Part shown: piece by piece, positions 1-10,136 of the stretch | How positions within the stretch are numbered: position 1 is the stretch's first letter | Layout of the letters: each line of letters starts with the position of its first letter | NCBI GenBank assembly: GCA_021201355.1 | Contig: JAJQFC010000024.1 | Coordinates: forward strand, 206 to 64,205 | DNA from: Planctomycetaceae bacterium | GTDB lineage: Bacteria; Planctomycetota; SZUA-567 | Direction: 5' to 3' | DNA: 64,000 nt | Position numbers and translations under genes: made by a program | Notes under the pieces: generated by a model | Told to the model about the DNA's origin: nothing | The model's database searches: none | Seen by the model: only the letters and a program-made list of their open reading frames with translations

Positions 1-666
1 CCACCGGCCGATGCGGCCGCCGGTCCCGGCCTCGGGTTCGACTTCGACCTGGCCGCGCCCGCTCCCGGTCCGGTTCCGCCACCGGCTGCTTCTTCCCCGG
101 CCGCGCCGGCTCCGGCGCCCGACATGGGATTGGGGATCGGGTTCGATTTCGCGCCGCCGCCAACCGGCCAGGCCGGGCCGACAGCCGGCCCCGCCGTGTC
201 ACTCGGCCTTGAACCGGCGCCGGCGCCCCTCAGCGCCGAGCCGACGGCCGATACGGCCCCGGCCCCGTCGATACCGCCCCTGGCCCTGTCAGACGATCAC
301 ATAAAACCCGGTTCGGAAGACAAGACCGTGGTCGGCCTGTCGCCGTTCGCCCGCGACGCGGACAAATTGCATATCCCGTCGCCGACGCCCCACGTTCAGC
401 CCGAACCGGCGGCGGCGGCCGGGCCGGACGCCAAACCGGCTATCGCCCCGGCGCCCGAACCGCTGCCGTCACCGGCTCCGGTTCCGGAAACCGCAAAGGA
501 TCCGACCGCCGGCGGCGACAAGACAGAACCGGGCGGCACCACCGTCCTTATTCGCTATACCTGCCCGAAATGCAAGACCCAGGGCATGCAGGCGGTGGAC
601 AAGGTCGGCACCGTCGTCAATTGCTCGAACTGCGGCAAGGCCATGCGCCTTGTCATGAAAAAATAA
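1..666 (+). CDS. Pro/Ala-rich protein with C-terminal zinc ribbon; 5' end lies outside the window
   Basis: Frame 1 is open from base 1. GLGFDFD / GLGIGFDF motifs are repeated, followed by a long P/A-rich linker and a C-terminal CPKC...CSNC ribbon. TAA stop at 664-666. Function unknown. Confidence 0.6.
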   Translation, partial: PPADAAAGPGLGFDFDLAAPAPGPVPPPAASSPAAPAPAPDMGLGIGFDFAPPPTGQAGPTAGPAVSLGLEPAPAPLSAEPTADTAPAPSIPPLALSDDHIKPGSEDKTVVGLSPFARDADKLHIPSPTPHVQPEPAAAAGPDAKPAIAPAPEPLPSPAPVPETAKDPTAGGDKTEPGGTTVLIRYTCPKCKTQGMQAVDKVGTVVNCSNCGKAMRLVMKK

Positions 667-864
667 CCCAGTGCGTCCAAGCCGAATCGTACCGGTTCCG
701 TCGCCCGCTGATGCGGTCCCGCCGGTCGTTCGAACGCCGTAACCACAGACCGCTTCCGCGGCCGTTGTCACGCGTTCGAATCCGCCTGGACAATGACGAA
801 CCCGGGCAGCGGCGGCACGCACCAGGCAACGCCGAAACGCGGGCGAACGGAGTCGCGGTCTTAC

Positions 865-2061
865 ATGAAAAATCAAAACCAACAGTTCAAATCGCGCCTC
901 GGCGTCTGGCTTCCGTTCGGGCTGTGGCGAATAGACTGGTATTTCATTCGCTTTTACGTCCGTACTTTCCTTATCATCCTCCTTGCCCTGGCCGCCCTCG
1001 TCGCCATCGGCGACATGTTCCAGCGCTTTGACGATTTCGTCATGCTGGCCCGCCGGGAAAACCAGGATCTATTACAGGGCGTCGTCACCTTCCTGAAGTA
1101 CTACGGCACCTGGGTGCCGCAACTGGTGTTCCAGTACATGCTGCCGGTCACCATGCTCGTCGCCGCCTCCATCACCGCCACCGCCGCCTACGCCGGGCCC
1201 CAGGGGAACAACGAATACACCATGCTCCGGTCCGCCGGCGTGCCGGTCCTTCGCGCCTTCTTTCCCCTCATTTTCCCCGCCGTCCTCGTCGCCGCCACCT
1301 TCCAGGGGACGCGCGACCTCTACCTTCCGTCCATGGTCCGGCAGGCCAACGTCATCGGGAATGCGCTGAAATCCCGGACGTCGAACCCGACCAGCGTCAC
1401 CATGATCCAGGGGAACACCATCCAGACCGCCGCCATCGGCTGGTTTTCCCTGGACGCCGTCGCCCATAACCTCATTCTCGAGGTCCGGGACACGGAAGCG
1501 TTCCAGCGCGGCGACACCGCCAGGGGAGACAACGACTTCGTCGCCTACCGGGCCGCCAGCGCCAGGCTCGAGGCGATACCCGATTCGGAACTGCACCAGT
1601 GGGTGCCTCTGGACCGGGCCGAGGTCCACACCTACACCCGGTTCGCCCGGAAGGCCGAACCGTGGGTCAGGCCGGTCGTCACTTCGATTACCCCGGCCAT
1701 GATCGAACGCCAGCCCCTTGGCGACGCCGTCAGCAGTTGGCGCGACCTCCTCCTCATGGAAGAAGACAACCCCGGCGCCCGGTTCGAAATGCACTGGCGG
1801 CTGGCCGATCCGGTGGCCTGCTGCCTCCTCATCCTTTGGGGGACCGGCCTGTGCATGGGCCGGATGCTCAGGGGATCGAACGCCAGCTTTATCCAGTCCA
1901 TCGCCCTCTCGATGTTCGCGGCGGCCCTGTTCTACATCTTCCGCCTGGCCGGGCGGACCCTGTGGGAATCCGGCACCCTGACCCCGGTGGAAGGCGTCTG
2001 GTATCCCCTCCTCGCCGCCGCCATCGTCGCCCTCCCCATCGCGCTCTGGATGGAACGCTGA
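865..2061 (+). CDS. LptF/LptG-family (YjgP/YjgQ) permease
   Basis: ORF 793-2061; ATG 865 (MKNQNQ...) preferred. N-terminal TM bundle, EYTMLRSAGV motif, large central loop and C-terminal TMs match the YjgP/YjgQ layout. The stop overlaps the next ATG. Confidence 0.75.
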   Translation: MKNQNQQFKSRLGVWLPFGLWRIDWYFIRFYVRTFLIILLALAALVAIGDMFQRFDDFVMLARRENQDLLQGVVTFLKYYGTWVPQLVFQYMLPVTMLVAASITATAAYAGPQGNNEYTMLRSAGVPVLRAFFPLIFPAVLVAATFQGTRDLYLPSMVRQANVIGNALKSRTSNPTSVTMIQGNTIQTAAIGWFSLDAVAHNLILEVRDTEAFQRGDTARGDNDFVAYRAASARLEAIPDSELHQWVPLDRAEVHTYTRFARKAEPWVRPVVTSITPAMIERQPLGDAVSSWRDLLLMEEDNPGARFEMHWRLADPVACCLLILWGTGLCMGRMLRGSNASFIQSIALSMFAAALFYIFRLAGRTLWESGTLTPVEGVWYPLLAAAIVALPIALWMER

Positions 2062-2849
2062 TGGCCGGCGCCACCGTCACCGCCTTTGTCATGACCCGGA
2101 ACGAAGAGGAAATGCTCCCCCACTGCCTTTCACGGCTGACCTGGGCGGACGAGATCCTCGTCATCGACTCCCATTCCACCGACGCCACCCCTGACATCGC
2201 CCGGTCCTTCGGCGCCCGCGTCATCGACCGGGACTTCGCCGGGTTCGGCCCGACCTGCAACTTCGGCCAGGACGAAGCCGCCTCGGACTGGGTTCTCCAC
2301 GTCGACGCGGACGAACTGGTCTCGACCCGCCTCCGGGACGCGGTGCGCCGGACCGTCGCCGCCAGTCCCGCCGCCGACATTTTTTCGGTGCAACGCGACA
2401 GCGTCGTCTTCGGCCGCCGCCTCAAGTCGTCGGCCTGGTCGGGGGAGTGGCTGCCCCGGTTGTGGCGGCGGGGCGTCCTCCGGTTCGAGGGGGTGGTGCA
2501 TCCGAAACCGCTTCTCGAGAACCGGCCGGTGGAACGGCTGGACGGCGTCCTCCTCCATTACCCCTACCGGTCGGTGGCGAAATACTTCGAGAAGTCGGAA
2601 TCCTACTCCACCCTCTGGGCTGAAAAAGCCGGGGACAAGGGCCGGCGGAGCGGCATCGCCAAGGCGGCGGCGTCCGGCGTGTGGCGGGTATTTCACGACT
2701 ACTTTATCCGCGGCGGCATCCGGGACGGCCGGGTCGGCCTCCTCCTGGCCCTGACCGGGGGTATGCACACCTTCACCAGGCATATAAAACTGTGGGGGAT
2801 GGAACATGCGGCCGAACTGGGCCGCGTTGACGAGGAGATTGACGCATGA
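2061..2849 (+). CDS. glycosyltransferase family 2
   Basis: ATG 2061 shares one base with the upstream TGA stop (TGATG). GT-A motifs VMTRNEE, VIDSHSTDAT and HVDADE. Confidence 0.8.
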   Translation: MAGATVTAFVMTRNEEEMLPHCLSRLTWADEILVIDSHSTDATPDIARSFGARVIDRDFAGFGPTCNFGQDEAASDWVLHVDADELVSTRLRDAVRRTVAASPAADIFSVQRDSVVFGRRLKSSAWSGEWLPRLWRRGVLRFEGVVHPKPLLENRPVERLDGVLLHYPYRSVAKYFEKSESYSTLWAEKAGDKGRRSGIAKAAASGVWRVFHDYFIRGGIRDGRVGLLLALTGGMHTFTRHIKLWGMEHAAELGRVDEEIDA

Positions 2850-3403
2850 AACTGGACGACGCGGACAAGGCGGTTCTCGCCGATCTCGCCCGCCAGGCCC
2901 TGCGGGCGGCGGTGTCGGGGGACGATTTCACCCCGGACGACCCCGGACGGGACCAGCTTGACAGCCGGGGCGGGGTATTCGTCACCCTCCGGACCCACGG
3001 CGATCTCCGGGGCTGCATCGGCTGTTTCACCTCGGACAATCCGCTGTGGCGGACCGTTCCCGAATACACCCGCCTTTCGGCCCTCGAAGACCCCCGGTTC
3101 GTCGGCCGCCGCCTCACCGCCCGCGATTTTCCAGAGGTGGAAATGGACATCTCCGTCCTGAGCCCGCTGGAACCGTGTTCCGATCCGGACGGCATCGTCC
3201 TCGGAAAACACGGCATTTACGTCAGGCAGGGCCGTCAGTCCGGCTGTTTCCTGCCGTCGGTGGCGACGGAGACAGGCTGGAACGTCGAAGAATTCTGGTC
3301 CCACTGCTGCCGGGAAAAAGCCGGCCTGGCGGCCGACGCCTGGCGGCACCCGGAGACGGAATTATTTGTCTTTACCGCCGATGTGATTGACTGTCCGGCA
3401 TAG
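2846..3403 (+). CDS. AMMECR1 domain protein
   Basis: 4-nt overlap with the GT2 stop. RGCIGCF and GCFLPSV motifs typical of AMMECR1. Ends in TAG. Confidence 0.85.
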   Translation: MKLDDADKAVLADLARQALRAAVSGDDFTPDDPGRDQLDSRGGVFVTLRTHGDLRGCIGCFTSDNPLWRTVPEYTRLSALEDPRFVGRRLTARDFPEVEMDISVLSPLEPCSDPDGIVLGKHGIYVRQGRQSGCFLPSVATETGWNVEEFWSHCCREKAGLAADAWRHPETELFVFTADVIDCPA

Positions 3404-3602
3404 GTGCTGCGCCGTCGCGACCGGTTCCCGTTATTCGTCACGGAACGGCATCGCGCCGACCCCGACGACGGGAACGTCAGGTCGTAACCAACGCCAACGG
3501 ACAATGCCGCCACCCGGACGCCGACGGGACGGTGTCGTGGTTCTCTCTTTCTCTATTATACGTGATATCGTGGTTCGGTGGGATATGGGGGTCGACTGTC
3601 GG

Positions 3603-3878
3603 TCAGTCGATGCCGCCGAAGCGGCTCTGGATGAGTTGGACGAGGGAGGAGACGGCCTCCTCGGCATCGGGGCCGTCCGCGGTGATTTTGACCGTTGAGT
3701 CTTGCATGGCGCCGAGGGCCATGAGTTGCATGATGCTCTTGCCGTCGGCCGTGACGTCGTCAACCTGGACGATGATGTTCGCCGTGTATTCGCGGGCCTT
3801 TTGCATGAACTGGGTGCTGGGACGGACATGGAAGCCGTATTTATTGAGAATTTTCGTCTCGGCTGTGACTTCTGCCAC
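3603..3878 (-). CDS. ptsH: phosphocarrier protein HPr
   Basis: GFHVRPS (His15 site) and GKSIMQLMALG (Ser46 site). GTG 3878 follows an AAAGGG SD and gives 91 aa. The ORF-track start at 3908 is the alternative. Confidence 0.85.
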   Translation of the reverse strand: MAEVTAETKILNKYGFHVRPSTQFMQKAREYTANIIVQVDDVTADGKSIMQLMALGAMQDSTVKITADGPDAEEAVSSLVQLIQSRFGGID

Positions 3879-4030
3879 GGGTGACCCTTTCGTTCTATGA
3901 GACAACACTCCCTATCCGGCCCATGTGCCGGTCCGGGGCCGTCCACCGCATCATGATACCATTGCCAATCGCACCGGTACAACTCCGCCGGCGCACCGCG
4001 CCGTCTCCGGCATTGCGTATCATGCATATC

Positions 4031-4117
4031 TGGTGGGGGCGGCGGGACTCGAACCCGCACGACCGTTACGGCCAAGGGATTTTAAATCCCTTGCGTCTGC
4101 CATTCCGCCACGCCCCC
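4031..4117 (-). tRNA. tRNA-Leu (anticodon UAA)
   Basis: 87-nt cloverleaf on the minus strand. Acceptor GGGGGCG/CGCCCCC, T-arm GCGGG-TTCGAGT-CCCGC, anticodon stem AGGGA/TCCCT with loop TTTAAAA, long variable arm, encoded CCA. Confidence 0.9.
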
Positions 4118-4271
4118 CAATAGGCCACGTTCCATGTCGGTGGAGATAAAATAGTATACTGATTAAACTGGCGAGGGAAACATATTCTCGGAAAGTGTAA
4201 CCGATTCCCGACCGGCTGGCCGCGACCGGTTGCCGCGTCGCCATAACCCTTTTTCCGGCCGGAATGTTTGA

Positions 4272-4308
4272 CTTGAAAAACACCCGCGCCCGCTTCCTCG
4301 CGGGCGGA
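4272..4308 (-). terminator. intrinsic terminator downstream of the rluD-like gene
   Basis: GC stem GCGCCCGC / GCGGGCG(G) followed on the minus strand by a T5 run. It lies about 120 nt past the stop at 4429. Confidence 0.55.
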
Positions 4309-4428
4309 GGCTCACCGGCTGCATACTGAGGAAAAAACGGCACCATCAGGTGAAAAGACCACTGTCCACCTTTCCGTCCGGCCGGGGGAGTATGGACAGC
4401 CGGATGACGCTCCGCATCGGCGGAGGCC

Positions 4429-5475
4429 TTACTTGCCCGCCGCCATTTCGTCCCGCGCCTGCCGAAACGGCGCCAGCACCCGGACCATGTCGTCGGGGAG
4501 CGGCGCCTCGAACGACAACCGTTCGTCCCGGCACGGGTGGCGGAACGACAGCCGCGCCGCGTGGAGGGCCTGACGGTCCAGGACCACGCCGCCGGGCGGG
4601 AACACGCCCCGCGCTTCACTGTGGCGGTACAGGGACAAGGCCCGACTGACCTCGCCCTCCGTCAGGACGGATCGCCGGCCATAGTCCTTGTCGCACAGGA
4701 CGGGCGAACCGACATGGGCCAGGTGGACCCGGGCCTGGTGGGTCCGGCCGGTCTCGAGGCGGCATTCGACCACGGCAACGGCGCCGTAGTTCTCCACCGT
4801 CTCGTACCGGGTCAGGCTCCGGCGTCCGCCCGACTTCATCATGGTGTGGAGCTTCCGGTTCCGGACCGATCGGCCGATATTCCCTTCCACCGTGCCGGAC
4901 AACGGCCGGGGCGACCCTTCCGTGATGGCGATATAGATCTTTTCCACTTCCCGGGTCATAAACTGTTCCATCAAACCGGCATGGGCCGGATCGTTCTTCG
5001 CCGCGACGAGGCAGCCGCTCGTGTCCATATCGAGGCGATGGACGATTCCCGGTCTGATCACCCCGCCGATTCCGGACAGGCTGTCCGCGTAATGGTGAAG
5101 AAGGGCATTTACGAGGGTGCCGCTCTGGTGACCCTGGGACGGATGGGTGACGATGCCCGGGCGTTTGTTCAGGACGACGATGTCGTCGTCCTCGTACAGG
5201 ATGTCCAGCGGGATGTCTTCCGCCACGGCGGCAAGCGGTTCTGGGGCCGGGACATGGACCTCGACCAGTTCGCCGCCCTTCAGTTTCATCGACGGTTTGA
5301 CCACGGCTTCGGCTATCCTGACATCGCCGTGATCGAACAGTTTTTTCAAATACGTCCGTGAAATGCCCGGCAGTTCCCGGGCCAGTGTCTGATCAAGCCG
5401 CTGGCCCGCTTGGTCGGCGGGTATGGCGAGGCGGTGGAAGTGTTCGGCCGAATTGTCCGGATTCATCGGTTGCAT
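4429..5475 (-). CDS. RluA-family 23S rRNA pseudouridine synthase (RluD-like)
   Basis: S4-like N-terminus and catalytic motif HRLDMDTSGCLV. 348 aa. Confidence 0.85.
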   Translation of the reverse strand: MQPMNPDNSAEHFHRLAIPADQAGQRLDQTLARELPGISRTYLKKLFDHGDVRIAEAVVKPSMKLKGGELVEVHVPAPEPLAAVAEDIPLDILYEDDDIVVLNKRPGIVTHPSQGHQSGTLVNALLHHYADSLSGIGGVIRPGIVHRLDMDTSGCLVAAKNDPAHAGLMEQFMTREVEKIYIAITEGSPRPLSGTVEGNIGRSVRNRKLHTMMKSGGRRSLTRYETVENYGAVAVVECRLETGRTHQARVHLAHVGSPVLCDKDYGRRSVLTEGEVSRALSLYRHSEARGVFPPGGVVLDRQALHAARLSFRHPCRDERLSFEAPLPDDMVRVLAPFRQARDEMAAGK

Positions 5476-5571
5476 GTTTCCTCGCTCCGTGGGATATGGT
5501 ATTATGTCGGCAGTCGGTTTTCATTTCCATTTTAAAAAGTGGCCGGCCGCCTGTCACGTCAGGATACCGTT

Positions 5572-6318
5572 ATGCGTACTGCGCTTATTTCCGATGTCCA
5601 TGCCAACCTCCCCGCCCTCGAAGCGGTCATGCTGGATATCGAGCGACACCGCCCGGACGAAATCATCTGCCTCGGCGATACTGTCGGCTATGGCCCGCAA
5701 CCGGCCGAATGCCTCGCCATCGTCCGGGAGCACTGTTCCACCGTCCTTATGGGGAACCACGAGCACGCCGTCCTCTACGGCGCCGAACAGTTTACCCCCC
5801 TGGCCCAGGTCGCCATCGACTGGACCGCCCGCGTCCTCCACAACTCGGACACGTTGGATTACATGAGTTCACTATCCTGCGAATACCGCCGGGACAACCT
5901 CCGGTTCGTCCACGGCTCCATCCGGAACCCCCTCCTCGACTATGTCCGGGAAGCCGACAGTCCCTGGGCCTTCTTCCACCTGGTGCGGACCCTTCAGGAC
6001 GAATTCAAGGATTTCAACATCTGTTTTGTCGGCCATAACCACCGCGCCTTCCTCGGGACAGAGGTCGGGTACATTTTCCCCCACGACAACGCGCCGGTGT
6101 CGAAAACGAACTTCCACATAGGCGACGAAAAGGCCTATGTCTCCATCGGCTCCGTCGGCCAGCCCCGGGACGGCGACTGGCGGTCAAGCTGGGTGATGTT
6201 CGACGGTTCGGACGTCGAATTCCACCGGGTCGAGTACAACCGTGAACTAACGATAAGCCTTATCCAGAAGGCCGGTCTGCCCGAATTCCTGGCCGAACGG
6301 CTCCGCTTCGGAAACTGA
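5572..6318 (+). CDS. metallophosphoesterase (calcineurin-like)
   Basis: Motifs SDVHAN, GDTVGYG, GNHE and VGHNH. ATG 5572 (MRTALISDVH) preferred over GTG 5539. Confidence 0.8.
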   Translation: MRTALISDVHANLPALEAVMLDIERHRPDEIICLGDTVGYGPQPAECLAIVREHCSTVLMGNHEHAVLYGAEQFTPLAQVAIDWTARVLHNSDTLDYMSSLSCEYRRDNLRFVHGSIRNPLLDYVREADSPWAFFHLVRTLQDEFKDFNICFVGHNHRAFLGTEVGYIFPHDNAPVSKTNFHIGDEKAYVSIGSVGQPRDGDWRSSWVMFDGSDVEFHRVEYNRELTISLIQKAGLPEFLAERLRFGN

Positions 6319-6656
6319 CTCCGGACGCGGCAGGCCTGTCCACGCCCGTCCGGCGCTGTAAAACCGCCGACCGTCACGCCGTGCGATTCTCCTCCCGAGT
6401 GTGCCTGTTCCGGGTTGAACCGCGTCGCACAGGTTATCCGGATCGTCTGATGATAAACCAGACAGTATCCTGTTGCCATGGCTTTGGAAAAATATAAAAT
6501 AATTTATTCCGGGACGGTGTTATACTTGGATCGGCTTTGCCCCGCGCCTTGATCAACCTGACGCCGGTATCTCGCAGGGCATTTCGTGACGTACAACGAT
6601 GTAAACAACGCCAATCGCCAAACTGTCCGCTTCCACGGATCGAACGGGATCGTCAC

Positions 6657-7101
6657 TTGGATAAAACCAGACTACCCATCGCCCAGGTTGTGCCTGGCAT
6701 GAAGTTGGCCGAGCCCATCACCAACTCCGGCGGCATCACGCTCATGCCGGCGGGTATACGGCTGACGCCGATGTTCATTGCCAGAATAAAAAAATGGGGC
6801 ATCGAATTCCTCGACGTCATCCCGGACAAAAAAAAAGGAAAACGTCGCCGCCGCCGAGCCGGCGCCGACGACGGTCAGGCCGCGAACGGCCGAGACGATC
6901 ACCGCCGACCAGGAGGATTTTGCCCGCGCCGTCGTCCGGGAAATCAGCGGTCCGTTCGTGAGCGTGCGGGACAACGAGACAATGATGCTCCTCCGCGCGT
7001 CGGTCCTGAAACGCCTTATCCAGCACGGCCGCCACGGCATTGTCAATGTTCTCAGGCGCTACCCGGCTGAGTCGGACGAACCACCGGCGGAGGAACGGTA
7101 A
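6657..7101 (+). pseudogene. small conserved-looking protein upstream of the HDOD gene, frameshifted at an A9 tract
   Basis: The frame 3 ORF (...VPGMKLAEPITNSGGITLMPAGIRL...IEFLDVIPDKKK) runs into A9 at 6828-6836. Frame 1 then continues protein-like (ENVAAAEPAP...FARAVVREISGPFVSVRDNETMMLLRASVLKRLIQHG...) to a TAA that overlaps the HDOD ATG (TAATG, 7099-7103). One A fewer would restore a single ORF. The start (TTG 6657 or ATG 6699) is uncertain. Confidence 0.55.
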
Positions 7102-7973
7102 TGGCCTTGGACGCCGCCCGCCTGCGGGCCACCATCGAATCCATCACCGATCTCCCGACGCTTCCCGTGGTGGTGGCGAGAATCACCACACAGATTGCCA
7201 ACCCGAGCACCAACGCCGCCGATATCGGAAAGCTTATCGAGCAGGACCAGGTCCTCACCGGCAAAGTGCTCCGCCTCGTGAACAGCGCCTACTACGGTTT
7301 CCCGAAACAGATCAAGTCCATTCAGCACGCCGTCGTCATTCTCGGTTTCAGCAAGGTGAAGACAATTATCATAACGGCGTCGGTTTTTGGCGCTTTTAAA
7401 GGGAAAAAAGGCGTCGGCCTCGATCTCCGGCGCTTCTGGCAGCATTCCCTCGGCGTCGCCATCTGCTCCAAGGTCGCCGCCGAAGTGCTCGGCGTTCCCC
7501 ACGCCGCCGAAGACGCTTTTGTCGGCGGCCTCCTCCACGATATCGGCAAGGTGGTGATGGACCAGTACCAGCCGACCATCTACACCCCGATTGTCGACTA
7601 CGCCCTGAACAAGGGGATTCTCCTCAAGACCGCCGAGGAAGAGGTCATGGGTATCAATCATGCCACCATCGGCGAATGGATAATGGAAAAATGGCGGTTG
7701 CCGCCGGTCATCGTCCATATGGTGGCCGAACACCACAAGCCGAATTCCACCTCGGAACGGCGGGAACTGATAACCGCCATCCACCTCGGCGACATCCTTG
7801 CCCGGGCCATCGGCATCGGGAGCGGCGGCGACAAGCGGATTCCGGTCATCGACCCCACGGTGGCGACGAACCATTCCATGGACGGGGCGTTTTTCGACGA
7901 CATTGTCAGACGCTGCATTACTGAGATGGCCAAGGTCGAGGACTTTTTCAGCCTCATTGTGTCGAACGAGTAA
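7101..7973 (+). CDS. HDOD domain-containing signalling protein
   Basis: LPTLPVVVARI...IEQDQVLTGKVLRLVNSAYYGF and LLHDIGK, the HDOD hallmark. Confidence 0.85.
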   Translation: MALDAARLRATIESITDLPTLPVVVARITTQIANPSTNAADIGKLIEQDQVLTGKVLRLVNSAYYGFPKQIKSIQHAVVILGFSKVKTIIITASVFGAFKGKKGVGLDLRRFWQHSLGVAICSKVAAEVLGVPHAAEDAFVGGLLHDIGKVVMDQYQPTIYTPIVDYALNKGILLKTAEEEVMGINHATIGEWIMEKWRLPPVIVHMVAEHHKPNSTSERRELITAIHLGDILARAIGIGSGGDKRIPVIDPTVATNHSMDGAFFDDIVRRCITEMAKVEDFFSLIVSNE

Positions 7974-7989
7974 CATGGCGGAACCGCTT

Positions 7990-8033
7990 CCGGGAGGGCC
8001 GGCCGGCCGGCTGCCCGCCCGGGCTTTGTTTTG
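7990..8033 (+). terminator. intrinsic terminator after the HDOD gene
   Basis: Stem CCGGGAGGGC / GCCCGCCCGG with a 13-nt loop, then TTTGTTTTG. Confidence 0.6.
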
Positions 8034-8368
8034 TATCAGTGGCGGTATGGCGTTTGGAATAGTATACGATGGATTGCTTTTCCGTTTGAAATATGCACGA
8101 TGGAATCTGTAGAGCGACCGGTCGTGCCGCCGCCGCCATCGTCGTTACCGGCACTCGGCGTCGGTCCGCCGCAGCCGTTCGGTCGACGCGCAAGGCAGAT
8201 GCCGCCAACGTCGCACAAGACCCTCGGCGTCGGTGGTCGGAGCACGGAGTCCATAACCGCTCGCTCCGGACATAAAAATATTCGGCGCCGAGTAGGATAC
8301 GTATTAATTGATCGGGCCGGCTGAATCAGCAATCGCCGGCGTACCCATGACAACGGGTTAAAGGTTTT

Positions 8369-9985
8369 ATGCCAGACGCAGCCGCAAACGGGAATGTGGA
8401 ATCCGGCGGGTCCTCGGACGAGGTCGTGCGGGAACTCACGCAGAAGCAGCAGGACCTCACCGAGGCCATGCAGCGGCTTATCCGTTTCCAACGCCAGACC
8501 CTCGTCCTTAAAAACGCGCCGTCCATCGATTCCGCCCTCGACACGATGGAATCGCTTTTAATCGAAGTTATCGATTTCGCCTACGCCAGCCTCCAGTACC
8601 GGTCGGAAAACGGCATCTTTTCGCCGCTCCGGCAGATTTGCCCGGACGATATCCACCTCGACTATCCCCTTATGGAATGGGTCATGGGCACGCAGGAGGT
8701 GTCTGTCCTGCCGATAGACATCCACATGGAGGACTGCAACCTCCGGTCGCTCCTCTTCCTGCCGTTCGGGTTCCACCACATCATGCTTCTCTGGCTCGAA
8801 CAGGATACCGACGCCTTTACCCAGGAGCAGGAGGCGCTCCTCTCCATCCTGTCCCGGGAGATGGCGTCCGTCCTCGATTCGCACCACTACCGGATCAGGC
8901 TCGAAAAGACCAGGGCGGCAATGTCCGACATTATCGAATCGGTCCCGCTCGGCCTCCTTGCCCTCGATCACTAGGACAAGGTGCAGATGATCAATTCCAC
9001 CGCCGAGATCGCCCTCGACATCCGCCGTCAGGACGCGGTCGGCGCCGACTTCCACGAGGCGCTTCCGGAAAAGGTCGCCGACCTCATAGACAACTTGGAA
9101 AACACCGGCAGCATCGAGGAAGCCGAACTCGCCATCAACAAACCGGGCCGGGACAGCCAGTACCTCGGCCTCACCATCTCGCCGATGCGGAGCGAGGACG
9201 GTTCCAGCAAGTCCGGGCAGGTCGTCGTCTGCCGCGACCTCCAACTGTCCCGGGAAGTCCAGAAGCTCCGCGAACTGGACGCGATGAAAAACGACTTCCT
9301 CTCCCTCGTCACCCACAAACTGCGGACGCCCCTGACGTCCATCATGGCCTATTCGGAAACGCTCCTCATGGACGAGGAAGGCGAGGTTCCCGGGGAGTGG
9401 CGGGAATACATCACCATCATCCATTCCGAAGGCCGCCGCCTCTGCCGCCTCATTGACGACGTCCTCGATCTCACCCGCATGGAAGCGGGCAAGATGTCGT
9501 ACGACTACGAGACGCAGGATCCGAACGAGATCATCGGCGCCGTCGTCATGTCCCTGACGCCGCAACTCGAGGAAAAATGCCACCACCTCGAACTCGATCT
9601 GGACGAAAACGTCGGCGACTGCCGCCTCGCCGTCGACCGGATTACCCAGGTCTTGACGAACATCTTCAGTAACGCCATCAAGTACACCGACGCCGGCGGC
9701 ACCATCGTCATTTCGTCGAAGCGGGCCGAACCGTTCCCGGAATCGTCGACCCCGACTCTCCTCATCACGGTGAAGGACAACGGCATCGGCATTGCGCCGG
9801 AAAATCTGGACCGGGTGTTTTCGAAATTCGAAATGGTGGAATCGGTTAAGCACCACACCTCGGGGACCGGCCTCAGCATGGCCATCTGCCGGCAGATTGT
9901 CGAGGAAGGCCACGGCGGGAAAATCTGGCTCGAAAGCGAACTTGGCCACGGCACCACGGTGAATGTGCAGATTCCGGTGGCATGA
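8369..9985 (+). pseudogene. PAS-type sensor histidine kinase interrupted by one in-frame TAG
   Basis: One continuous frame-2 reading frame, broken only by TAG at 8972-8974 (ORF-track pieces 8369-8974 and 8981-9985). H-box SLVTHKLRTPLTS, N box NAIKYT, G1 DNGIGI and G2 GTGLSM. The stop falls inside the PAS-like start (SVPLGLLALDH*DKVQMINSTAE). Confidence 0.7.
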
Positions 9986-10023
9986 AGCACAACCGCCGAT
10001 GCGCAAACAATGCCGGATTTCAC

Positions 10024-10062
10024 AAAAAAGGCGGCCCGAAGGTTCGGGGCCGCCTTTTTTTT
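10024..10062. terminator. bidirectional intrinsic terminator (histidine kinase / lipA)
   Basis: AAAAAA-GGCGGCCCGAA / TTCGGGGCCGCC-TTTTTTTT between convergent genes. Confidence 0.75.
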
Positions 10063-10136
10063 AAGTATTGTCATATGCTTTACGGGATGGTGGTGCGTAT
10101 GCCGCCTTTCGGCTCCGACCGGCAATCGTCGTGTCT

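Noticed and set aside
4031-4117. Whether the only tRNA in the window could be a stop-codon suppressor explaining the in-frame TAG/TGA codons
   Set aside because: The anticodon loop reads TTTAAAA, giving anticodon UAA (Leu, codon UUA). It is an ordinary type II tRNA-Leu.
8558-10006. 482-aa minus-strand ORF
   Set aside because: It lies antisense to the histidine kinase, whose H/N/G boxes identify the true strand.
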